Shown here piece by piece: positions 19,292 through 29,912 of a stretch of DNA of 64,000 bases (the first letter of the stretch is position 1; each line of letters begins with the position of its first letter). Source of the stretch: Candidatus Omnitrophota bacterium (GTDB lineage Bacteria > Omnitrophota > Gorgyraeia > Zapsychrales > Zapsychraceae); assembly GCA_029261055.1 (NCBI GenBank), contig JAJDCA010000066.1, positions 157 to 64,156 on the forward strand, in the 5' to 3' direction. The notes beneath the pieces were generated by a model that was given only the letters and a program-made list of their open reading frames with translations, was not told the DNA's origin and did not search any database. Made by a program: the position numbers and the translations under genes.

Positions 19292-19687
19292 ATGGTTGAA
19301 ACAGTAAAATACGGAGCTACCGGACGTCGAAAATCTTCTATTGCCCGCGTCAATTTAATTCCTGGTGAAGGAACTATTCGTGTTAATAAACGCACATTCG
19401 AAAATTATTTTCCGCGTGAGACAGACCGTATTACCATTTTAAAACCTCTTAACCTCACCAATACGCTTGGAAAATTTAATATTGAAGCTAAAGTTTCTGG
19501 TGGTGGAAGCACTGGCCAAACAGGAGCTCTTTGCTTAGGAATTTCCCGCGCTTTAGCTTTATGTGATCCTGAAAATAAACCTGTCCTCAAAAAAGCCACT
19601 CTTCTAAGACGCGATCCCAGAATGAAAGAAAGACAAAAGCCCGGTCAAAAGGGAGCGCGAAAGAAATTCCAGTGGGTTAAACGATAA
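19292..19687 (+). CDS. rpsI: 30S ribosomal protein S9
   Basis: GATGRRKSSIARV, GGGSTGQ, RDPRMKER.KPG.KGARKKFQWVKR. Confidence 0.98.
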   Translation: MVETVKYGATGRRKSSIARVNLIPGEGTIRVNKRTFENYFPRETDRITILKPLNLTNTLGKFNIEAKVSGGGSTGQTGALCLGISRALALCDPENKPVLKKATLLRRDPRMKERQKPGQKGARKKFQWVKR

Positions 19688-19742
19688 CGGTTGGATATTT
19701 CTGAACGTATCGTTCAGAATTACTCACCACACATTTCAGTAA

Positions 19743-19795
19743 TAAAAAGCCTATCTCCCTTTGAAAAACAATTGACGAGATAGGCTTTTTATTTT
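19743..19795 (+). terminator. intrinsic terminator after rpsI, overlapping a possible arg-operon promoter
   Basis: TAAAAAGCCTATCTC...GAGATAGGCTTTTTA followed by T-rich tail; TTGACG(19772)-17 bp-TATTAT overlaps it. Confidence 0.7.
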
Positions 19796-19830
19796 ATTAT
19801 GATTTCTAATTATTTGTCGTGGAGGATTTT

Positions 19831-20850
19831 ATGATTAAAACAGGTATAGTTGGGATTAGTGGTTATTCCGGAGGCATACTTCTAGAAATTTTATTGAAGC
19901 ACCCTCAAGTGCGCGTCACTTATGTAAGTGCCAATAATACGCACGGAAAAGTGGACACCATCTGGCCACAAGTGGCGGGATACACTAATCTTACATGTGA
20001 AAAATTTGATGTAAAAAAAGCAGCTAAACATTGTGATTTTATATTTTTAGCTGTGCCGCACACCATTGCTATGCAAGTCACGCCAGGCTTGTTAAAAGCC
20101 GGACTTCGTGTCATTGATTTAAGCGGCGATTATCGCCTTAATTCTATTCAACAATATAAAAAATGGTACGGAGCTGCACATACAGATGCCAAAAATATTA
20201 AAAAAGCGGTCTATGGGTTACCCGAGCTTTACCGTGAAAATATCAAAAAGGCCAACCTCATTGCTAATCCAGGGTGTTATCCAACAGCTGCTTTACTAGG
20301 CTTAATACCTTTAACTTCTACGCATGCCACGGCTATTCAATCTATTATTATCGATGCAAAATCAGGCGTCACAGGGGCAGGACGTAAAGCTAAACTACAA
20401 CTCAATTTTTCTGAAATAAACGAAAATTTTAAAGCGTACAAAGTTTTAAATCACCAACATGTCCCGGAAATGGAATTATATTTATCTAAAATATCTAAAG
20501 AAAAATTCACGATCAACTTTGTCCCACATTTATTACCAGTAAACCGCGGCATTTTAGAAACTATCTATGTACAAGTGAATAAATGTTTACCCTTAAAAGA
20601 TATTCATAAAATTTATACACGTTTTTATAAAACAGAACCTTTTGTACGCATTCTTCCATTAGGACAACAACCGGAATTAAATAATGTTACAAAAAATAAT
20701 TATTGTGATATCGGCCTGGCAACAGATGCAACCAATCAACTCTTGGTCATCACATCTGTCATTGACAATCTAATGAAGGGCGCTGCAGGCCAAGCCGTGC
20801 AAAATATGAATATCATGTGTGGATTTGACGAAAAAGAAGGATTACATTAA
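19831..20850 (+). CDS. argC: N-acetyl-gamma-glutamyl-phosphate reductase
   Basis: GISGYSG, IANPGCYPT, SGVTGAGR, DNLMKGAAGQAVQNMN; start set at the ATG after GGAGG. Confidence 0.96.
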   Translation: MIKTGIVGISGYSGGILLEILLKHPQVRVTYVSANNTHGKVDTIWPQVAGYTNLTCEKFDVKKAAKHCDFIFLAVPHTIAMQVTPGLLKAGLRVIDLSGDYRLNSIQQYKKWYGAAHTDAKNIKKAVYGLPELYRENIKKANLIANPGCYPTAALLGLIPLTSTHATAIQSIIIDAKSGVTGAGRKAKLQLNFSEINENFKAYKVLNHQHVPEMELYLSKISKEKFTINFVPHLLPVNRGILETIYVQVNKCLPLKDIHKIYTRFYKTEPFVRILPLGQQPELNNVTKNNYCDIGLATDATNQLLVITSVIDNLMKGAAGQAVQNMNIMCGFDEKEGLH

Positions 20851-20852
20851 AA

Positions 20853-21995
20853 ATGAAAATCATAAAAGGTGGAATAACACAACCTCAAGGCTTTAAATCT
20901 AACGGTATTGCCTGTGGGCTTAAAAAATCTGGAAAACTGGATCTCGGATTAATTACCAGCGATATTCCCGCAGTGTCATCTGCTGTATTCACAAAGAGTT
21001 CCATTAAAGCGGCTCCGTTGCTCGTGTGTCAAGAACACATTCGCAATCATATAACCCAGGCTATTGTTATTAATAGTGGTAATGCTAATTGTTTTACAGG
21101 AAAACAAGGCCTTGCTTGCGCTCAAAAGACCACGGAATTAATTGGCAAAAAACTCGCGATTCCTCACGAAGATGTCCTTGTCGCCTCTACAGGTATTATT
21201 GGAAAACAATTATCTTTTACAAAAATTCAAGATGGCGCCAAAAAGTTAATTAAAGGATTAAGTCCTCACGGGGCAGATAAAACCGCTCGCGCGATTTTAA
21301 CAACAGACATTACAACCAAAGAAATCACTGTTGAAATCACCTTAAGCGGCAAAAAAGTAACGATCGGTGCTTGCGCCAAAGGTTCAGGAATGATTGCCCC
21401 GAACATGGCGACCATGTTGGCGTTTATCACCACCGATGCCGCTATTAGTGCAAAAATGCTGAATACAGCCCTTAAAAGTGCGTCCGATCAATCCTTCAAT
21501 TGTATTTCTGTAGACGGATGCATGAGCACCAATGATATGGTTTCAGTAATGGCCAATGGATTGGCCAAAAATAAGAAAATTACAACGGCGAATAAAGATT
21601 ATAAAACATTCTGCAATGCCCTCAATCATGTCTGCCTTGATTTAGCTAAAAAAATTGTCTTAGATGGAGAGGGCGCCACAAAATTTATTGAAATCCAAGT
21701 TGTCGGCGCAAAAAACTATAAGCAGGCTCAAGAAGTTGGCTTAAAAGTCGCCAACTCAAATCTTGTTAAAACCGCCGCTTACGGCAATAATCCTAACTGG
21801 GGACGCGTCGCCGCTGCCGTAGGTTCCGTAGGAATTAAAGAAGTTACCGAAAATAAAATCAAATTCAAATTCAGCCCGTTCACACGAAAACATATTATCA
21901 TCCATATTAATCTTAATATCGGTGCGCACAAAGCCGTCGTCTACACCTCAGATTTATCTTATAAATACGTAAAAATTAATGTGGAGTACACCTAA
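20853..21995 (+). CDS. argJ: bifunctional ornithine acetyltransferase/N-acetylglutamate synthase
   Basis: NSGNANCFTG, KGSGMIAPNMATML, DGEGATK, NWGR. Confidence 0.96.
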   Translation: MKIIKGGITQPQGFKSNGIACGLKKSGKLDLGLITSDIPAVSSAVFTKSSIKAAPLLVCQEHIRNHITQAIVINSGNANCFTGKQGLACAQKTTELIGKKLAIPHEDVLVASTGIIGKQLSFTKIQDGAKKLIKGLSPHGADKTARAILTTDITTKEITVEITLSGKKVTIGACAKGSGMIAPNMATMLAFITTDAAISAKMLNTALKSASDQSFNCISVDGCMSTNDMVSVMANGLAKNKKITTANKDYKTFCNALNHVCLDLAKKIVLDGEGATKFIEIQVVGAKNYKQAQEVGLKVANSNLVKTAAYGNNPNWGRVAAAVGSVGIKEVTENKIKFKFSPFTRKHIIIHINLNIGAHKAVVYTSDLSYKYVKINVEYT

Positions 21996-22874
21996 ATGGA
22001 AGACGTCATTAAAAAAGCTGGAATTCTTGTTGAAGCGATTCCTTATATTCATGCCTTTCGACGTAAAGTATTTGTCATTAAATATGGTGGCAGTATCCTT
22101 GATCATGATGCGATCCGAAAAAACATACTCGAAGATATTGTTTTTTTGAGTTACGTTGGCATTCATACCATTCTTGTTCATGGGGGAGGGCCCCACATCA
22201 GCGGCCGCTTAAAAGAGGCCGGTGTTAAACCTGAATTCCACAATGGTATTCGTGTGACCGATAAACAAACCCTCGCTATTGTTAGCGAAGAATTAGGAAA
22301 ATTAAATAAATCTATCGTCGAAGAAATCAAAAGTTTAAAAGGGGATGTTACCGGATTAAAAGGGCATGAAAATATTATCCATGTCAAAAAACGTAAATCA
22401 TCTAAAGATCTTGGATATGTCGGAACGATTACCAACATTGAAAAAGAAGCTTTGGAAACACATTTAAAAAAAGGACACATCACCGTTGTTTCACCAATGG
22501 GTATTTCGGTAGAAAAACAACCGCATAACATCAATGCTGATGAAGTCGCTAGTGCGATTGCCACGTCTATGAACGCAGAAAAATTAGTTTTGCTCACTAA
22601 TGTACAAGGTGTCATGCGTAAAGCAGATGATCCTGAGTCATTAATTTCCACCTTAAACATCGATGAAATTCAAAATTTAATTGAACTCAATGTTATTCAA
22701 GGAGGTATGATTCCTAAAGTCAACTCTTGCGTCGAAGCTTTACACGGTGGTGTTAAAAAAACACATATCGTGGACGCCCGTATCCCGCATGCCCTCTTAC
22801 TTGAATTTTTTACCACTCTTGGTATTGGAACTCAAATACTGAAGAAATCCCATGAAAAAAAATCAAATTCTTGA
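21996..22874 (+). CDS. argB: acetylglutamate kinase
   Basis: VIKYGGS, LVHGGGP, NINAD, GGMIPKV. Confidence 0.96.
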   Translation: MEDVIKKAGILVEAIPYIHAFRRKVFVIKYGGSILDHDAIRKNILEDIVFLSYVGIHTILVHGGGPHISGRLKEAGVKPEFHNGIRVTDKQTLAIVSEELGKLNKSIVEEIKSLKGDVTGLKGHENIIHVKKRKSSKDLGYVGTITNIEKEALETHLKKGHITVVSPMGISVEKQPHNINADEVASAIATSMNAEKLVLLTNVQGVMRKADDPESLISTLNIDEIQNLIELNVIQGGMIPKVNSCVEALHGGVKKTHIVDARIPHALLLEFFTTLGIGTQILKKSHEKKSNS

Positions 22875-24045
22875 AAATTACGACAAATATATCCTGTCCA
22901 CGTACACACGCACGCCCGCAATCTTTGTAAAAGGCAAAGGGATGAATCTTGTAGATATTGACGGAAAAAAATATCTCGATTTCTTTCCCGGATGGGGCGT
23001 TAACAATGTTGGGCATTGTCATCCGAAAGTTATGTCGGGCGTTCGTGATCAAATTTCAAAATTGATTCACATCCCAAATAATTTTTATCATCCTAATCAG
23101 GTCAAATTAGCCAAAGAAATCATCCGTTGTTCCTTCAAAGGAAAAGTCTTTTTTTGCAACAGTGGGGCTGAAGGCAATGAAGCGGCCATAAAATTTGCTA
23201 GGGTCTACGGCAAAGGGCAACGTCACGAGATTATTACGATGAAAAATTCCTTTCACGGACGCACTTTAGGCGCCTTAGCCGCTACAGGGCAACCCAAATA
23301 CCACGAAGGATTTGAACCATTACCTAAAGGATTTAAAACCGTACCTTTTAATGATTGGAACGCATTAGAGTCTGCTGTCACTGAAAAAACAACGGCCATT
23401 TTATTAGAATTGGTTCAAGGGGAAGGTGGCGTCAATATTGCACCTAAAGAATATATTCAAAAAATACGAAAATTATGCGATCAAAAAGATATTCTGTTAA
23501 TCCTTGATGAAGTTCAGACGGGGATGGGGCGCACAGGAACGATGTTTGCTTTTCAACAATATGATATTCAACCGGATGTCATGATTCTTGCCAAGGCTCT
23601 TGGTGGAGGATTACCGATCGGCGCTATTGTGGTTAAAGATAGTATCGCCGATACATTTCAACCTGGCATGCATGCATCCACGTTTGGTGGAAGTCCGCTT
23701 GTCAGTAAAGCGGCCTTAGGCACATTTAAAGCTATTTTCAGCGATAAAATGTTACAAAATGCAAAAAAAATCGGGGCTTATATCCTTAAAGAGCTAACGC
23801 AATTGAAACAAGAAATTCCCTACATTGTTGATGTCCGCGGTCTTGGACTGATGATTGGTATTGAGCTTAATATGGAAGGTAAAGAAATTTATGAAGAGTG
23901 CTTCAAAAATGGACTTATCATCAACTGCACACAGGGAAACATTTTACGCTTTATGCCGGCGTTAAACGTCACCAAAAAACAAGCGGATAAAGCTATTTAT
24001 ATCCTTAAAAAATCATTAACAAAGGTAACCCAAAATGAAACGTGA
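22852..24045 (+). CDS. argD: acetylornithine aminotransferase
   Basis: NSGAEGNEAAIK, SFHGRT, DEVQTGMGRTG, AKALGGG; arg operon context. Confidence 0.94.
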   Translation: MKKNQILENYDKYILSTYTRTPAIFVKGKGMNLVDIDGKKYLDFFPGWGVNNVGHCHPKVMSGVRDQISKLIHIPNNFYHPNQVKLAKEIIRCSFKGKVFFCNSGAEGNEAAIKFARVYGKGQRHEIITMKNSFHGRTLGALAATGQPKYHEGFEPLPKGFKTVPFNDWNALESAVTEKTTAILLELVQGEGGVNIAPKEYIQKIRKLCDQKDILLILDEVQTGMGRTGTMFAFQQYDIQPDVMILAKALGGGLPIGAIVVKDSIADTFQPGMHASTFGGSPLVSKAALGTFKAIFSDKMLQNAKKIGAYILKELTQLKQEIPYIVDVRGLGLMIGIELNMEGKEIYEECFKNGLIINCTQGNILRFMPALNVTKKQADKAIYILKKSLTKVTQNET

Positions 24046-24973
24046 CTTAATGAGTTTACATGATTTATCATCCGACGAAATTCTGCATATTCTAGATCTT
24101 ACGCAAAAAATCAAAAATGATAAAACAATGGGGAAGGCAATTCTCAAAGACCAATCGATTGGTCTTGTATTCCAAAAACCATCCAACCGAACACGCGTAT
24201 CATTTGAAGTCGGTGTCACGCAGCTTGGCGGACATTGTTTGTACTTAGGGCCGGATGAAATTAATTTAGGTGTCCGTGAATCAACAGCTGACGTTTCCAA
24301 AACATTATCCCGGTATTTAAACGGTATTGTCGCTCGAACGCATACCCACCAGGATATTGAAGACCTTTGTCGTTATTCATCTGTCCCTGTAATTAACGGC
24401 CTGTCGGATTTATATCATCCTTGCCAGGCGTTAACTGATCTTTTTTCAATTAAAGAAAAATTTGAACAGATTAAAGGTTTAACTTTTGCTTATATCGGAG
24501 ATGGCAACAATGTCTGCCACTCCTTATTAATCGGATGTGCTAAAGTCGGCATTCATATAAATGTAGCAACACCCAAAGGATATGAACCTGACGAAGACGT
24601 TATCGAAACGGCTAAGACTTATGCAGAACAATCCGGCGTCAGCATTGATTTAAGCAACTCTCCCGAGGAAGCCGTTGGACAAGCCGATGTCATTTATACC
24701 GATGTTTGGGTCAGCATGGGACAGGAAAAAGAATCTGAAAAACGCTTAGCTGATTTTGATAATTTTCAAATCAACGAAAAACTCATGCAATTAGCCAACA
24801 ATAAACACATCTTCATGCACTGCCTGCCAGCTCACCGCGGCCAGGAAGTCACCGCAGAAGTGATCGACGGCCCCAATTCCATCGTCTTCGACCAAGCCGA
24901 AAACCGGTTACATACGCAAAAAGCAGTACTGATGTTTTTATTCCAAACACAAGAGACCTGTCAAACTGAATAA
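24035..24973 (+). CDS. argF: ornithine carbamoyltransferase
   Basis: SNRTR, HPCQ, DVWVSMG, HCLP, DQAENRLH. Confidence 0.96.
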   Translation: MKRDLMSLHDLSSDEILHILDLTQKIKNDKTMGKAILKDQSIGLVFQKPSNRTRVSFEVGVTQLGGHCLYLGPDEINLGVRESTADVSKTLSRYLNGIVARTHTHQDIEDLCRYSSVPVINGLSDLYHPCQALTDLFSIKEKFEQIKGLTFAYIGDGNNVCHSLLIGCAKVGIHINVATPKGYEPDEDVIETAKTYAEQSGVSIDLSNSPEEAVGQADVIYTDVWVSMGQEKESEKRLADFDNFQINEKLMQLANNKHIFMHCLPAHRGQEVTAEVIDGPNSIVFDQAENRLHTQKAVLMFLFQTQETCQTE

Positions 24974-26310
24974 TGAAAGAATCTGAAACAACTGAACTTA
25001 AAAAGTCTACCGCTGAATTGAAAGATGCCGTTATTTCCATTGCAGCGATTCTCAATAAACATAGCCAGGGAGATATATATTTTGGGATAAAGGATAATGG
25101 GACTATCGTTGGACAGACGGTTGGTCGCCATACTATTAAAGAAGTCACGCAGACAATTGTGGACAATATTGAACCAAAAATTTATCCCAAAATTGAAGCA
25201 AAAAAAATCAAAGGCAAAGAGTGCGTCGTTGTAGAATTTCAAGGTTTGAACAGTCCCTATTTTGCTTATGGCCGGGCGTATATGCGCGTTGGAGAGTCTG
25301 ACAAACAACTAACTGTTAAGGAAATCGAAGAACAGATTGTGAAAAGAAAAAAATTTCTATGGGAAAGTGAGATTTCTAAGAAAACCTTGGAGGATGTTAA
25401 TGACGCAGCTATCCAAGAGTTTATGCGCAAAGCAAAAGAGGCTGGCCGGATTAATTTTGAGTTTACAAGCACGAAAGAGACACTTCGGAAACTTAGCTTG
25501 CTATCTGGAGATCAGTTAACAATGGCCGCCGAAATTTTGTTTTGCGATAACAGTCGTATGGAAATTCAGGCTGCTGTTTTTGCTACAGCAGTAAAGGCCA
25601 CTTTTCTTGATATCAGTAAATTTGAAGGAAATCTTTTTAGCCTGCGTAAACAGGCGGAAGCCTATGTCAAAGAGCACATGAAATGGCGAGCAGACATGAC
25701 TGGAAGTCGACGCAAAGAAATTCCAGAAATTCCCATACGAGCACTTTCCGAAGCAATTGGAAATTCATTGTGCCATCGGGATTATTCAAATCCAAAAGGT
25801 AATGAGGTTGCAATTTTCAAAGACCGAATTGAAATTTACAACCCAGGACAATTTCCAAATGAATTAGATCCGGATGATTTTATCAAAGGTGACGGATATT
25901 CTGTTTTACGTAATCCTTTGATTGCAGAAACAATGTACCGTTCTGAAGATATTGAAAAATGGGCGAGTGGCCTAAGACGGATTTACGATGAGTGTATGAC
26001 GAATCAGGTAAAGGTCGAGTTCAAAAGAGTTAAAACAGGATTTGTTGTGTGTTTTTATCGGCCTAAATGGGAAAACGGCGAAGGTTTAGAACAAAACATC
26101 CAGGAAGGTAAAGAGAAAAGTTCGGAGAAAAGTTCGGAGAAAATACTTCGCTTACTTAAAGAAAATAACACCATTTCTGCCCAAGAATTATCAGGATTAA
26201 TCGGAATAAGCTCCCGTGCCGTTGAAAAACATTTAGCCACATTGAAGAAATTAAACAAAATTAAACGTGTCGGCCCGGATAAGGGGGGGCATTGGGAAGC
26301 TGTGGAATAA
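24973..26310 (+). CDS. Schlafen/AlbA_2 + HATPase_c_4 + winged HTH protein (often labelled RecG-like)
   Basis: ESETTELKKS...A.LN..G.IYFGIKDNG, Y.RVG, EA..N.LCHRDY, IYNPG, RNPLIA, C-terminal wHTH ending GPDKGGHW; 12-bp tandem repeat at 26113-26143 (EKSSEKSSEK). Confidence 0.85.
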   Translation: MKESETTELKKSTAELKDAVISIAAILNKHSQGDIYFGIKDNGTIVGQTVGRHTIKEVTQTIVDNIEPKIYPKIEAKKIKGKECVVVEFQGLNSPYFAYGRAYMRVGESDKQLTVKEIEEQIVKRKKFLWESEISKKTLEDVNDAAIQEFMRKAKEAGRINFEFTSTKETLRKLSLLSGDQLTMAAEILFCDNSRMEIQAAVFATAVKATFLDISKFEGNLFSLRKQAEAYVKEHMKWRADMTGSRRKEIPEIPIRALSEAIGNSLCHRDYSNPKGNEVAIFKDRIEIYNPGQFPNELDPDDFIKGDGYSVLRNPLIAETMYRSEDIEKWASGLRRIYDECMTNQVKVEFKRVKTGFVVCFYRPKWENGEGLEQNIQEGKEKSSEKSSEKILRLLKENNTISAQELSGLIGISSRAVEKHLATLKKLNKIKRVGPDKGGHWEAVE

Positions 26311-26403
26311 TATTTTCTTGATATTGCATCATAACTCCATCGAATTCGATGGGTTTAAAAATATATTAAATTCAAATATAAAAAACTCAGAACTTGCTAT
26401 TAC

Positions 26404-28494
26404 ATGAAAAACTTCATCTATACACTCTTATTTACCCTTAGCATCCTTTTATTTTGCCAAGCTGAGGCAGGTTTCACAAAAGTCACTTCATCAATGGATA
26501 CCAAAAAAACACCTATCCCGGCAGAAGAAATTATTCAAAAACTTATAAATACTTATGCGGTTATGGAAAACTATCAAAGTGAGGCCAAATATATAGGGCA
26601 GTTTGAAATCGATGGACAGATTGTAAAAACTGAAACGACTATGTTGATCAAATTAGGCAAGCCAAACTTATATCACATCAATTGGAAATCTCAGGAGAAC
26701 CAATTTGGCGAAAGCCCAGGAACAATTTGGAACGCCGGGAAAGGAGCATTTAAGTATACCGAATCAACAAATACTTATATCCAAATTTCAGAAATGCCAC
26801 AAGAATCATGTGAGATGAAAAATCAAAAAGAATGGTTGAATATAACAGAGCCATTGTTTGACATTTTCTTTAATTGCAACAATACCTCTTCAAAAATAAC
26901 ACAATTTAGATTAGTAGGAACAGATACGATCAACGGAGAAGACAACTACATCCTCCATCAAACCAATGATTCTTACAAACACACTTTATGGATTTCTAAA
27001 AAAGATTTCTTGATCAATAGGTATAAAAAAGAACCCCTGACAGAAGATTTAAGTATAGATGCCTTATCTGCAAGCCTGATAGATTCTTATGAAGATATGG
27101 GAATTGATCTTACTGAACAGGACAAATCAAAAATAAACAAATTTACGGGAATTTCTTATTTCTCATTAAATACAAGTGAATTTAAAAATATGCACATAGC
27201 ACTAAATTTTTATAATAATTTAATTGATGAAATAAAAGATAATAATGAATTCATATATTCTCTTCCTGAAAATGCTCAACTAAAATCATCTGAAAATATT
27301 ATTCCAAACAAAGAATCTATGCTACGCATACTAAAAAATCTAGATGGATTAAATTATACAATGTTATACACAAAAGGTCTTGAGCTTAGCGAAGAATCCG
27401 TAAGCGACCTCGAGAAAGAATTAGAAAACGATCCTTATAATTTTGAAATACGTTTGCAGATAATAGGGTATTACAGTGCTGATACTGACTCCGAAGAATA
27501 TCGCAGAATTAAAAATAAACACATTCTGTGGATTATTGAAAACCAACCGGATTATAAGGAAGGTAGTAGTATAATCTCTTCCCTATTTTATATTTTTCCT
27601 GACATTAATCCAAATGCCTATGATAAAGCCAAATCATTGTGGTTAAAACAAATTGAACTTCATAAAGATAATCCTGTTGTACTTACGAACGCATCTAAAT
27701 TTTTTTACCTTGTAGACAGTGAACTCTCAAAAGAAATTTTAAATATTGGAAAAAATATTGATCCAGATAATCTTTATTGGGAAGAAAGATTAAAATTCTT
27801 AAATTCATTAAATCCAAAAGATGGTATTCATAAAGAGTATTATGTCAACGGAAAATTAAAATTAGAGACAGAATATAAAGACGGCAAATACAATGGAATA
27901 TATAAAACATATTATGAAAGCGGCTCTTTAAAATTTGATGGAAATGTTAAAAATGGCGTTTATCACGGGATGGGAAAAAAGTATTATGAAAATGGACAAA
28001 TAAGTTTTATCGGGAATTTCAAAGAAGGAGCAAATGATGGTCTGTATAAATTTTTTCATGAAAGTGGTGAATTAATGCACACGTGTACGCAACAATTTAA
28101 AAAAGAAGGATTTACCCGAAAAGACTGCCAACAATATTCTTCAACAGGTGAAATAGAAAAAGAATATTATGCATTAATTTATAAACAGGATAAAGGTACT
28201 ACTCTGGAAAAAATATTTACAAACGATCATCTGTCTATTGAAAAAATCTATGATGAAAATGGGACTATTATAAAAGAAAAAGCATATACTAACGATGGGA
28301 AGCTAAAAGATGGCATTAATTATAACTACTATGATACTGGTAAAGTTCATTATGCACTAAATTACAAAAAGGGGATAAGAAAAGGTGTTAGTAAAGAGTA
28401 TTATGAAAACGGCAGCTTAAAAAAAGAAGTATCTTACACAAAGACGGCAAAAGAATTGGAATTTACAAAGAATTTTATGAAACTGGGGAAATAA
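26404..28494 (+). CDS. secreted protein with LolA-like N region and MORN-variant (YwqK-like) repeats; frameshifted near the 3' end
   Basis: Signal peptide; repeats such as EYYVNGKLK.E.EYKDGK.NG.YK.YYESG; MORN pattern continues in another frame to 28583. Confidence 0.75.
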   Translation: MKNFIYTLLFTLSILLFCQAEAGFTKVTSSMDTKKTPIPAEEIIQKLINTYAVMENYQSEAKYIGQFEIDGQIVKTETTMLIKLGKPNLYHINWKSQENQFGESPGTIWNAGKGAFKYTESTNTYIQISEMPQESCEMKNQKEWLNITEPLFDIFFNCNNTSSKITQFRLVGTDTINGEDNYILHQTNDSYKHTLWISKKDFLINRYKKEPLTEDLSIDALSASLIDSYEDMGIDLTEQDKSKINKFTGISYFSLNTSEFKNMHIALNFYNNLIDEIKDNNEFIYSLPENAQLKSSENIIPNKESMLRILKNLDGLNYTMLYTKGLELSEESVSDLEKELENDPYNFEIRLQIIGYYSADTDSEEYRRIKNKHILWIIENQPDYKEGSSIISSLFYIFPDINPNAYDKAKSLWLKQIELHKDNPVVLTNASKFFYLVDSELSKEILNIGKNIDPDNLYWEERLKFLNSLNPKDGIHKEYYVNGKLKLETEYKDGKYNGIYKTYYESGSLKFDGNVKNGVYHGMGKKYYENGQISFIGNFKEGANDGLYKFFHESGELMHTCTQQFKKEGFTRKDCQQYSSTGEIEKEYYALIYKQDKGTTLEKIFTNDHLSIEKIYDENGTIIKEKAYTNDGKLKDGINYNYYDTGKVHYALNYKKGIRKGVSKEYYENGSLKKEVSYTKTAKELEFTKNFMKLGK

Positions 28495-28623
28495 AGGAAG
28501 AGTGGAGTTACAAAGAAGGAGAATTAATTCGTAAAAAGAAATATGCTACATCAGGTAATATGCTTTCTGTAGAAAATTACTAAACCAAAAAATATACTAT
28601 TACATTGCTTTAGGAGAAACCAC

Positions 28624-29790
28624 ATGAAAAAAATTGTACTTGCTTACTCGGGGGGGTTAGATACCTCGTGTCTTATCAAATGGTTTGAGGAAAAAGGGTA
28701 TGATGTTATTGCCTTTATTGCGGATGTGGGGCAGGGGGAGGACTTTACTTCCATCAAAAAGCGTGCTCTGGCTACAGGAGCATCCAAGGTCTACTGTCTG
28801 AATTTACAAAAAGAGTTTGTGACGGATTATGTATTTCCGGCGCTTAAGGCTGGGGCGCTTTATGAAGAGAAATATAATTTAGCTTGCGCGTTATCTCGGC
28901 CATTGATTGCCAAGCATCTTGTGGACATTGCCCATAAAGAAAAGGCCCACGCAATTGCGCACGGGTGTACTGGTAAAGGTAACGATCAAGTACGATTTGA
29001 AGTGACCGCGCGTTTGATTGACCCTAAAATTGAAATTATCGCACCCGTGCGTTTTTGGGAGTTTAAAACACGGGACGAAGAAATTGAATATGCAAAATCT
29101 AAAAAAATTCCTGTGAGTGTAACCAAAAAAAGTCCGTACAGTATTGATGTCAATCTCTACGGCCGTGCGATTGAATGCGGTGTCTTAGAGGATCCTTGGC
29201 AAGAACCTCCGGAAGATATTTATGCGTTGACGGAAAACCCGATCAAGGCGCCTAATAAACCGACTTATGTCACCATTGATTTTGTGAAGGGTATTCCTCA
29301 AAAAATTGATGGCAAGGCGTATGCGCCTGTTACCTTAATCCAAAAACTGAATCAAATTGGTGGGAAAAATAGCGTCGGCCGTGTCGATATGGTAGAAAAC
29401 CGTTTGGTAGGTATTAAATCCCGTGAAATTTACGAAAATCCCGCTGGGACGATTCTTTACGCCGCTCTGCACGAATTAGAATGTTTAGTCTTAGACCGCG
29501 AAACTATGCGTTACAAACAAGCGGCCGCACAAAAGTATGCGGAGTTGACCTATAACGGTCTTTGGTGTATACCTTTAAAGACTCAATTGGATTCTTATTT
29601 TAACACAGTCCATAAAAACACCACCGGCACCGTTCGTCTAAAACTTTTCAAAGGAAATTGTACGGTCGCAGGACGTAAATCAAAATATTCGCGATACAAA
29701 GAAGAAATGGCAACCTACGGGGAAAAAGACATCTTCGACCAAAAACAATCCGAAGGCTTTGTCAAACTCTGGGGCATGCCTTTTGCATAA
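28624..29790 (+). CDS. argG: argininosuccinate synthase
   Basis: VLAYSGGLDTS, HGCTGKGNDQVRF, ENRLVGIKSREIYE. Confidence 0.97.
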   Translation: MKKIVLAYSGGLDTSCLIKWFEEKGYDVIAFIADVGQGEDFTSIKKRALATGASKVYCLNLQKEFVTDYVFPALKAGALYEEKYNLACALSRPLIAKHLVDIAHKEKAHAIAHGCTGKGNDQVRFEVTARLIDPKIEIIAPVRFWEFKTRDEEIEYAKSKKIPVSVTKKSPYSIDVNLYGRAIECGVLEDPWQEPPEDIYALTENPIKAPNKPTYVTIDFVKGIPQKIDGKAYAPVTLIQKLNQIGGKNSVGRVDMVENRLVGIKSREIYENPAGTILYAALHELECLVLDRETMRYKQAAAQKYAELTYNGLWCIPLKTQLDSYFNTVHKNTTGTVRLKLFKGNCTVAGRKSKYSRYKEEMATYGEKDIFDQKQSEGFVKLWGMPFA

Positions 29791-29900
29791 TTGAAATAGA
29801 AGCAGAGAAGCAAAGAAGCAAAATGCAAAGAAAAAAACAACTAATCTAAACATTTTATCTCTCTGCCTCTTGCCGCTTTACACCTCTGCCTCTTTAAATT
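29791..29900. repeat. intergenic long imperfect hairpin of 7-8-mer repeats (family B)
   Basis: GAAGCAGA/GAAGCAAA repeats ... TCTGCCTC/TTGCC repeats; related elements at 36294 and 45297. Confidence 0.75.
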
Positions 29901-29912
29901 GGAGTTAGAACT

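Noticed and set aside
26333-26356. Palindrome CCATCGAATTCGATGG (reads NSIEFDGFK, reminiscent of a KilA-N motif)
   Set aside because: Too short to call a gene remnant or a terminator.
26397-28605. 9-bp direct repeat CTATTACAT flanking the MORN gene
   Set aside because: Short and AT-rich, and it also occurs near 3525, so chance is plausible.
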